Virus record (IMG/VR): IMGVR_UViG_3300020204_000006
Length of the DNA: 64,000 bases
DNA from: a virus
Direction: 5' to 3' (one strand)
The notes beneath the pieces are model-generated. The model had not been told where the DNA came from and searched no databases. It saw nothing but the letters and a program-made list of their open reading frames with translations. This document shows, in pieces, positions 47,001 through 55,500 of the stretch; position 1 is the first letter of the stretch; every line of letters starts with the position of its first letter. A program made the position numbers and the translations under genes.

Positions 47001-50000
47001 ATTTATAATTAAAATACCAGGTGGACCATGGTCTAGTCCCGCTATAGCTGTTGGTCCTGACTACTACGCATCAAAACCTTCTAGTTGTATAGATAGTTTT
47101 GGAAACGTTCATTTGGTGTTTGAGATATACGCTAATAGTAAATCTGACATAGGTTACTCTGTGTATAAAAATGGTAAATGGTCAACTCCAGTAAAAATAG
47201 TTGATCAGTCTGGATCTAGTATTGGCCCCAAAATACTTGTAGATGAATATAATAATATGTATATGTCTTGGATTGATAAAAAATTTGGAAAGTCAGATAT
47301 ATTCTTTTGCCAGTATAATTTCTCTCAGTCTAGATGGCTAAGTTCTGGTTTTTCTGGTTTTGATTCACAGGTTTCCAGTTCGGAAGTAGAAGTTTCTAAT
47401 ATAGATCATGCTTATAAGGCTGGAAATTATTTTGTTGTTTGGAGTGAAAAGAATATATTTGGAAGAAAGAAAATAAAACTTGCTAGATACAATTCTGGAT
47501 CAAAGTCTTGGAACAGTGCCCACTCTGGAGGAACAGATTTTGATGTAAGTAATATTGATAGCAAACAGGCAGATTTTCCAAGTATCTGTATAGATTTTGA
47601 CAATAATGTTCACATTGTATGGCAAGACATTTTGAATGGATTTAATAGAATTTATTACAGACAGATATCACCTGGTCTTTCTTCTCTTACTGTACCAAAA
47701 ATTATAACTTCCGTTTCTTACAATTTTGATTGTGTAAGGCCATATTTGTCTCTTATTGATGATATAACGGATCCATATACATCAAAAAATGGAGATTTGG
47801 TATTAAATTTTTACAAACCAAGAAATTACAGTGTTGATCCGTATAATCAAGAAATAAATTCTTCGTCAATAGAAAATTCAATTCAAGAAATATATACCGC
47901 AAGATGGTCTAGAGAATATAGAAATTGGCTTTCTTCTGGAAGTAAAGTAGAAGAAGAGGGAGGGTATGACACTAGAATAGTTCTTCCTGAAACAAGGTAT
48001 GTGAATTTATTTACAAGTCCAAAATCGATTGAGGATATACAGGACATATTTTATCTTGGTATTGATTCCAACATAGAAAATTCGTCAATATATTTATATA
48101 ATATAAAATATGATTTATCTTTTAATCCAGGTGCTTATTCTGTAGGTATTGATTCTTATTCTGGTTTTGATCCAGACGAAATTCTAGTTGCAGATTTGAA
48201 TAGAAAATCTTTAATATTTGGTTCCTCTTCAAACTCAATTTCTGGAAAATTGAGATTTAAAAACATAAAGTTTAGTTTTTCTGAAAGTAGGGATCCATTT
48301 TATATTGATCTAATTGGTCCCACTACATATAATTTACCAGACATAAATTATGTATATGCAAGGCCTAATAACTATGGTGATGTTTGGACAAAAACACTTA
48401 AAAATATAATATTTGTTTCTGCAAGAAAAAATTTAGTTTTTGATTCTTCTGATATTAAAAACGACAACATAACGCATTTTGTTTCTTCTTCTGGATTTAC
48501 AAAATCTGACAATATTAATTGTTTAAAGTTTGATTCATTTGGAAATATGATTGTTAGTGTAAAGCAAAAATTACTTTTTTCAAATGATCATTTTAGATTC
48601 TTTGTATTAAATGTTACAGGAGAAGGCTCTAGTGTACTAAGTAAAAATTTCAACTATATACTTGAATTTAATGATAATTTAGTTTTAATAAGTGATTCTG
48701 ATATTATTGTAATTAAAAACTATAAAAATTCAATAATACAAAAAATACCTTTTATTGATCCATACGAATCAGATAATATATTTTCTATAAATTTGACTTT
48801 AGGAGAAAATTTAGAGATAGTTAGATATCCACTTTCTTCAATTTCAGCTAGTATAAATAAAATTTATTCTGCTTCTTCTGATCAAAACTATTTATGGATA
48901 TGCACAAATGCTGGGGTCTATCAAATAGATTCTAAGTTAAATTCAAATTCTTATGTTCAGCAATTTTCTGATGAGCTAAACTTTAGTTATCCTGCGATCT
49001 CGGTAGAATGTGTCGATGACAATCTTAGATTTTTTGCAACAAGCAATAAAATATTTCTATCAAGTGGTTCTTCTATAAAATCAGTTGATACAATCGCAAG
49101 ATATGTTGGAATACAGGGATCTGACAAAGATTTCTTGCAGGACGCAGAACTATTTAATATTAATGACATAAAATCCGTAAAGTACATAGATAGTAAAAAT
49201 TTATTAATTGTTTCTTCTAACTATATATATAGACTTATATTTAAAGACATATATTCTTATCAGACAGAATACATACAAATTTTTGATAGATCAAATATAA
49301 ATATAGTTTTTGATACAAATGTTGAACAAGTTCAAAATTCACAATCCCTATCTGAGCCAAGACAAAAATTTGTTTTTCCTCCCGTTCAGGATGACGGTGA
49401 AGGTAAATATTATGTTGAGGTTTATTTGAATAAAAAGAGAATAACCAGAGGTTATAGAATTAGCACTAAATATGGAATTATATATTTTGAAGATAAAATA
49501 CTGCCAAATGATGAGGTATATATAAAGGTAAGAAAAGATATAAGAATTTACAATGATTATTCTCAAAATAGAGCTGAGATAGAGGCATTCGGACCAAAGA
49601 CATTTAGTGTGGAAAATCTTATAACTCAAAATAATTCTATATATTCAGTAATAAGTGATGGGGTGACCGACGCGATTACTACAAGAAATGAAATAATTAA
49701 ATTGCCATACGATGAGGTCACTATTGATAAGGAGCCCCCTATTGCTAAACTTAGATACGTCGAACAGGTTGGTCCTAATACAATTAAACTTCAGTTTATA
49801 AAGCTAGAGGATGTAGATGGTAATTTGGTTGATTATGATAAGGTCAGTGGTATATCTGGAATGGTTATATCTAATTATGATAATTTTACCTCAGACGGAA
49901 CAAACAATAAGCCATTCGTTCCTTTCCAGGAAGAGTTTTTATTTGATGTAGATCTAGGCTCTTCTTCTGGATCTGTGTCCGCTAATCTTCCTCAGGGTGT

Positions 50001-52527
50001 TATTGGCAGATGTGGCAATTATTTTACAAGAACTACTGATGGCAAAGTAGTTACTCTTATAGGAACTTCTAATTTAGCAAGAATATATTACTTAAACTCA
50101 AATAATGAATTTGAAGAAAATTTTGTATCATTGGATGAAGAGGCTGGATCTAGAGTTGAATTTATTTATAGATTTAATAATGGACTAATTGTTGGTGTAT
50201 CTAAGGCAAATGGTTTTGCAAAAATATTTATGTCTACTAATGGGGCTTCATTTTCTCCAGTGGCAACTTTAGATTCAAATGGCGTAAGTCATCCTCATTA
50301 TAATTCAAATACCAGAAAGCTTTATTTTGGCACATACAGGATTTCTTCCAGTGAGTCAACAGGTAGCTTATATTCATTTGATGGTACTAACCTGGAAAGG
50401 TCAATATCTAATATTGACAACGGAATAATGAGTGTGACTGGTTTTGAAAATTTTGTAATATTTGGCACTAAGCAGCCTAATTCTGCAGATTCTAGAATAT
50501 TTAAAGTTCCAGTTGCTCCTACTGTTGGCAACCCAACAATTATACATAATGCTGAAACTTCTGTTATGTCTATAACGTCTATAGGAACTTCTATATATGC
50601 TGGTTTGCAGAGTAGAGGTAAAATAATAAGGTCTCTAAATACTGGTGTTCCATTTATAACTTCTTTCCAAACTTTGAGAAATTTAGATGTAAACAGAATG
50701 GCTACTTTGCAATTCAACAATACAAATAGAATTTTTGCTGCAGTTGATAAAGGTTTGTATGTATTTCAGGGAACTTGGAATCTTAAAGGAAGCTCTTCTC
50801 ATAAAATTATGGATATATTCAAGGACGTAAATGGCAACATAGTGTACGTTACAGAGGGTGATGTTAGAAAAATAATACAGAATGTTCAAAATGAAGTTAG
50901 AATATTTGCAAAACTAATTGATAATGCTGGCAATCAGACTGACATTAATGGTGATCCTGATTCTGATCCAGAGGATGGTTATAATGATAACTTATTCGTA
51001 AAAATAACTCAAGAAACAGAAAATTTTGATTTTGATTCATTTTCAATATCAAATAAAATAATAGAAATAGACGGAGCAAATGGTCAAAAATTAAAAGTTA
51101 TAGATGGAGATGCTCCATTCTATTCTGCTGATAAAATTATGGTAGAAGTTGGAATTTATGAAACAGAAATATTTAATAACACCTCTGGTCACATAACTTG
51201 GGGTAGTATATCATGGGATGTTATAGAGCCGCCCAATACCAGTGTGTATTTTGAAGTAAGAAGTGGTGTTTCCAAGAATGCACTTCTTGCATCCGACTAT
51301 ACTGTAGTTCTTAGTTCTTCTAGTAATAATTATGACCTAAGTTTTATGGAGGGTCAGTATCTCCAGGTTAGAATAGTTTTGAGAAGCGCGTCTCAAGATA
51401 ATCTTGCGCCATCTGTTAGGAGTTTAAGAGTAGTTTCACTTGGAAGTTCAAGTTCAGAGGTATTCACTGTTAATTTTAGTTTACCATCAAAAATTAAGAG
51501 AGGTATTTTAACAAGTCAGAAAGAGCTTCCATTCGGTTCTAGTATTTTATTTGGAATAAATACCACAGATGAGACTTCATTTAGTTCTTATCAGATTATA
51601 CCAGAAAATAGAATATTTTCAACAGATGAATCTCAGTTTGGTAGTAATCTAAGAATAGGAGTTAGGCTATTGACTTCTCAAATCGTTGGTCAAATTGCAA
51701 ATCCTATACCTGACAATGATCCATATTCTTCAGCAATATTTGCAAATTCTATAATATGGTCATATCTAAACGAAGATCCAATTTCTGTGTCTGTTGATTT
51801 TAGGGTTGAGGTATATGAAGACCCAGCTCAATCAAACCTTTTATTTAGTGTTAGTACAATTTCTAGTCCTAATTATTTTAAGGTAGACGGTGAAAATTTC
51901 CCCGTAGGTTCTTCTGCAATAGTAAGGACTGGACAGACTAGATACTTCTCATTTATACCTTATGGTTTGCCTCTTACTTGCGATGAAAATTATTACTGTA
52001 AGATATACATGATATCTCAAAACGATTCTGAACCAACTGAAATAGAATCAAATATTCTACTTAGAAAACAGTGTGGCACTAATTTCTTTAACGTGGTCAC
52101 TTTTGACTTTGTTAATGAATTAGATTTTGCAAATTTTCATTTTAGAGTAAGATTCTTTGCTGATGAGGCAAGAAATAATTTGCTGTATAGTCTTTTCAGC
52201 CAAGTTGATACAAATGGCTGGTCTTACAATGGTTCTTCTTTTCCTCAGAATGGTGTGCCATTGCAAGCTGGAGAAAGAGCAACTATAGAAGTAACTCCAA
52301 ATTTTGAGCAATTCGAATTTGAAGTAAACAAGAGATATTTCCTTTCAATAGATGCAAATGATGGTGAAAAATTTTCATGGAACAATAATAGCTATGTCTA
52401 TCAAGTTTCTCAGACCGGAACTGGTCCTTCTTGCGGTATCTATGAGAATGTACCTGTATTAAGAAGTTTCGCTATGATGTTTGAGCTTGAAAATGGAGAG
52501 CTTATAAAACTTAGACTAGATAATTAA
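44035..52527 (+). CDS. Giant tail fibre/adhesin-like protein (2830 aa): Ig/FN3 domains, BNR-like and other beta-propellers
   Basis: TPVVSYLQILPPDP...IKWYVND...VYFTVRPEN (Ig repeat); repeated P.I.ID...NVH.VW.D.......I.Y blades; DKEPP...DNAGN Ig halves. Confidence 0.7.
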   Translation: MIPIVKINGSSDILSGVRCRPNDVHISWSFSDYASINFESLKFDLRISGSSDNHGTNSFEGDRFSISNFSASVGSYIFSPSLPLGRNLQYFGQIKFYDNNSSSNWVSFILKVNHTPFVIDAKYLNSTFSIDNDLVIDFQKSREEISVEISWFRNNVLQTNLKNSKIVPSGRISYNDIWYAQILAFDDLEAGIAVSLPAVQIKAETPVVSYLQILPPDPVEEDILEGSYSLIEGLPSGSFGDVIFNDASEIKWYVNDELIETVNNRKFVRLNLRQDDVVYFTVRPENFSNFGSVVKSESKIIQSSGYFVFDMSIDGKFSNPVVSSDQPVIRWKLKKPGNKNPNFFKIIIGTRDGSNDILSFIGKYENDYYTIPAQALKPGARYFVSISVSYDDKNFRNFGKINFYFSGKFWKENVSNQVGYTLLLKSKIHNVGSDEPSQLAGYSMQFSDGVFYYEVIEYLNKTLVIFDTSSKIEFTNNNAQYHETLIGVIGNRFFLFVNGVKKMDSTYLVSSSTQKFITLRSRPDGEKEVALEVEKLNINVDGIFEPGVSSIYAAQSFEERAFFPEGFISSMAAKDNHFIVSVNSFNFKESSKLYKFTPDQNFIDFNLNSTQNQYSNISVDNFTFNGIELSPNGKKLSIYHSRGISIFNDLPVFGWDINTPCSSVVDLEKDGWNLVSSSPRSFRVESSCFEFDTSFANNGKTSFNIFSGSVSVAKIEKNNFFNIVDYSMSYQNNILSITKISGSDEYIDSVSIDLSGKNISDMVSILKNINISSLPDNNIPFGVFYEIFLVEKYSGIPCSRIASFNDSIFDFIDILISDFEDSFDPYAANAYSSINNSYSYLSQNFAGDQWDTLASNKIGYTFKFDVQSLLAEDGLSPNKLNHDGSFGIYLNDGSYKLKIDTLPDSLIVNGIKSSNIDLSSNFSSFHVAVKDGKYRLFNKNVDGWIAIDEGDMESVNVSGIDKDNISCSARSGKKVIFWEESNSDGKLIKFIIKIPGGPWSSPAIAVGPDYYASKPSSCIDSFGNVHLVFEIYANSKSDIGYSVYKNGKWSTPVKIVDQSGSSIGPKILVDEYNNMYMSWIDKKFGKSDIFFCQYNFSQSRWLSSGFSGFDSQVSSSEVEVSNIDHAYKAGNYFVVWSEKNIFGRKKIKLARYNSGSKSWNSAHSGGTDFDVSNIDSKQADFPSICIDFDNNVHIVWQDILNGFNRIYYRQISPGLSSLTVPKIITSVSYNFDCVRPYLSLIDDITDPYTSKNGDLVLNFYKPRNYSVDPYNQEINSSSIENSIQEIYTARWSREYRNWLSSGSKVEEEGGYDTRIVLPETRYVNLFTSPKSIEDIQDIFYLGIDSNIENSSIYLYNIKYDLSFNPGAYSVGIDSYSGFDPDEILVADLNRKSLIFGSSSNSISGKLRFKNIKFSFSESRDPFYIDLIGPTTYNLPDINYVYARPNNYGDVWTKTLKNIIFVSARKNLVFDSSDIKNDNITHFVSSSGFTKSDNINCLKFDSFGNMIVSVKQKLLFSNDHFRFFVLNVTGEGSSVLSKNFNYILEFNDNLVLISDSDIIVIKNYKNSIIQKIPFIDPYESDNIFSINLTLGENLEIVRYPLSSISASINKIYSASSDQNYLWICTNAGVYQIDSKLNSNSYVQQFSDELNFSYPAISVECVDDNLRFFATSNKIFLSSGSSIKSVDTIARYVGIQGSDKDFLQDAELFNINDIKSVKYIDSKNLLIVSSNYIYRLIFKDIYSYQTEYIQIFDRSNINIVFDTNVEQVQNSQSLSEPRQKFVFPPVQDDGEGKYYVEVYLNKKRITRGYRISTKYGIIYFEDKILPNDEVYIKVRKDIRIYNDYSQNRAEIEAFGPKTFSVENLITQNNSIYSVISDGVTDAITTRNEIIKLPYDEVTIDKEPPIAKLRYVEQVGPNTIKLQFIKLEDVDGNLVDYDKVSGISGMVISNYDNFTSDGTNNKPFVPFQEEFLFDVDLGSSSGSVSANLPQGVIGRCGNYFTRTTDGKVVTLIGTSNLARIYYLNSNNEFEENFVSLDEEAGSRVEFIYRFNNGLIVGVSKANGFAKIFMSTNGASFSPVATLDSNGVSHPHYNSNTRKLYFGTYRISSSESTGSLYSFDGTNLERSISNIDNGIMSVTGFENFVIFGTKQPNSADSRIFKVPVAPTVGNPTIIHNAETSVMSITSIGTSIYAGLQSRGKIIRSLNTGVPFITSFQTLRNLDVNRMATLQFNNTNRIFAAVDKGLYVFQGTWNLKGSSSHKIMDIFKDVNGNIVYVTEGDVRKIIQNVQNEVRIFAKLIDNAGNQTDINGDPDSDPEDGYNDNLFVKITQETENFDFDSFSISNKIIEIDGANGQKLKVIDGDAPFYSADKIMVEVGIYETEIFNNTSGHITWGSISWDVIEPPNTSVYFEVRSGVSKNALLASDYTVVLSSSSNNYDLSFMEGQYLQVRIVLRSASQDNLAPSVRSLRVVSLGSSSSEVFTVNFSLPSKIKRGILTSQKELPFGSSILFGINTTDETSFSSYQIIPENRIFSTDESQFGSNLRIGVRLLTSQIVGQIANPIPDNDPYSSAIFANSIIWSYLNEDPISVSVDFRVEVYEDPAQSNLLFSVSTISSPNYFKVDGENFPVGSSAIVRTGQTRYFSFIPYGLPLTCDENYYCKIYMISQNDSEPTEIESNILLRKQCGTNFFNVVTFDFVNELDFANFHFRVRFFADEARNNLLYSLFSQVDTNGWSYNGSSFPQNGVPLQAGERATIEVTPNFEQFEFEVNKRYFLSIDANDGEKFSWNNNSYVYQVSQTGTGPSCGIYENVPVLRSFAMMFELENGELIKLRLDN

Positions 52528-52528
52528 A

Positions 52529-55500
52529 ATGCCAAAATTTACAAAAAATCTTCAGCTCCCATATTTTTATTACGGCGATAGTTATTCTGCTTATTTTGAC
52601 AGACTTAGATTCACATCTATGGATTTGTATTTTAACGGACTTTCTAATTCAATTAAAGATGGCGTTATAGATGGATTTGGTGTTAAAATAAAAGATGATA
52701 ATACTTTGTTTGTTTCTGCTGGTAGTGCATTTATAGATAAAAAATTTAGAGAACTAAAAACAGATAGTGAAATAGCTTTTACAAAAATTGAAGATGCATC
52801 TATTAAGGTTAGATCTAAATACAAGCCTAGTTTTAATACAAATTTGGTACAAAATATAAAGCAGCTATCATTTAAGGATGACATAAATCCTGATCCTCCA
52901 TCAAATGTGTCAGTTAAATTTATTGATTATTTTAGGATAAAGATATCTTGGGAAATTAAAAACAAAGATGTTTCTTATGTAAATGTCTATAGAGATAGTT
53001 ATGATGACGGAGTTGAAGATTTTTCCAGATCTGTTCTTATTCAAACTTCAAATGAAAATATATTTACTGATGATGATGTCGAACCTGGTAAAAAATATAT
53101 TTATTATTTTGAAAGTGTTGATATAAATGGAAATTATTCTAATTCTTATTCCACTACAGACATAGTTGTACCAGATGAAAGCATAACTCCTGATCCACCA
53201 AAATTTATGTCTGTTGTAGTTGGCAATACAAGGGTTCAGGTTATATGGAGTAGACCTTCTTATAAAAATATATCTGGTTATAATATAAAAATAGTAGAGA
53301 TAGATTCATCCTATTCTTCAATAGGAGATGAGATCAGCTATATTGCAGATGACTCGATAAATAATTTTGTTATTAAAAATTTAAAGAAAAACACCAGATA
53401 TAAAATTAAAATATATTCTATATCTAGATCGGGTAAATATAGTGCTTCTCAAGAAAAATTAATAACTACGAAAGAGTTTTCTTTAGAAGATGAGATTTCA
53501 TATATCTATCAAAGTGCTTTAGTTCTTAATGGGTTATTGAGTTTTAACATTAATTGGCAAACATCTTTTGATGAGTATGATGATTCTGATTACGATCCTT
53601 CTGCTACTTATAAATGCAGAATAATAGAACTTGAGCTTTTGACAAACGCTATAAAGTCCACAAGTGATTTTATTCAAATTTTTAACGGTCAAAATTCAAT
53701 ATATCTTACTGGTCTCCCTTTTACTCAATCCGATGGAGCTACTTCAACTGTACCTTTTTCTGAAAAAAGCAGATACTTATTCGGAATATTTAAGATTAAA
53801 GATGGAGTTGTGTCTCCTGGTGTTTTTACTTACCTTGGAGTAATTGACATATTTCCTCCAGAAAAACCCTCTGGTGTTTTTATTGGTTCAAAAGAAAATG
53901 GTTCAATTGATGTATCTATTTCAACCAATAATCCTTCTGATATTAAATTCTTTGATATAGAAATATATGAAGCAAAAATAAACAGTATAATTGAAGACTT
54001 TTCAAATGTTCAGTTAAATAAGTCTATAGAATTTTATTCTATAGAAGGTGGTTCGGGCGCTAATGCAGATTTTGACTCAATAATATCTGAAATATTCAAA
54101 GAGTATTTTGTATTTTCTCTTTCTGATAATGAATTAACAGTAGAGCTTGACACTTCATTTTTACAGACTTTTCAAACTTCTGGACTTGATGTTAATATAA
54201 ATGGCGCAAGTCTGGCAAATCCTGAAATTTATTGGCCGTCAAATGGTATAAAAATAAAATTTTCTCCTAGCGACTCGATAGAATCTTTGTTTTCAAAAAT
54301 AGTTCAAAAGCTTACAACTACTCCTGTTTTAGGAATAGCTTCAGCTTCTTCTATGACCGGGCGTAGAACTGTTTTGTTTTCTCAAATCATTAATATTAAA
54401 AATTTGTTAAATGCCCCATCTGGCATAAACTGTTCATATCTTTATAAATTTTCTAAAAAAAGATTATCAATAAATTCTTCTGCTGTTCCTGCAATTTATG
54501 GAGATCCTAATGTAACTATTTATTCTTTATTTTTAAGTTGGCTTCAACCCGATCAATTAAATAATATAAAAATAAATTACGATCTTTCTAAATTTTCTAT
54601 TGTTGCAAAAAGAAAAGTTAGAGATATAAGTTTAGTAAACTTTAATTCTTCCATAGTTAGACCTGGGTATGCTTACAGGGCTGACGTATATTCAATAGAC
54701 GATTTTAATAACAAGAGTGAAAAGCAAAGCGGTTTTATATATTTAAGTTCATTTGAAGACCTTTTGCCTCCTGAATCTCCCAGATCTCAGTCTGCATATT
54801 TTGTTGCAAACAGAGTTGTTTTTTCTTGGATATATCCATTCACACAGAGAGATATTTCTTATTTTAAAATATATAGATCAACTCAGGAATCTTCTTCATT
54901 TTACTTACTTTCAACGGTAAAAAATAATATTTTTGTTTATGAAGATTATGAGATTGAATCAGGCAAATCATATTACTATAGAGTTTCTGCTGTTGACAGC
55001 TGGGGGAAAGAAAGTCTGAGTGAAAGTATTAATATATCTGGTTTAATATTCATACCAAATTTAAATATTGAGACCAGGTTTGATTTTAATTGTGCAAGAT
55101 TTGGTCAAGATTTGGTTTTTTCTTGGGATAGGATTGATGACTTTGGTGGTGATGGAGTCGAAATTTTATGTAGGTATCCCAATAGTTCTGAATTTATTCC
55201 AATATATAATTCTCAATTCGATAGCGGCGATTTTTCATTGTCAAATATATTTTTAGAAAATGGAAACTATTCTTTTGGCATAAGGAGTATATCAAATCAA
55301 GTTGAGATATTTGTTGATTATTCTGGAGACAGTTCCGGTATAGAAATAGCTAGAGTGGCTAAAAATTTTAATAATTATTACATTGAAGATTCTAGAAGAA
55401 TTTTAAAAAATATGGAAAGCCCTGTTCTAGAAGAAACCGATCTGTTTTTAACTGGTCACGACCATTTATTGACTGATTCATCTGATAAAAGAATTGATCT

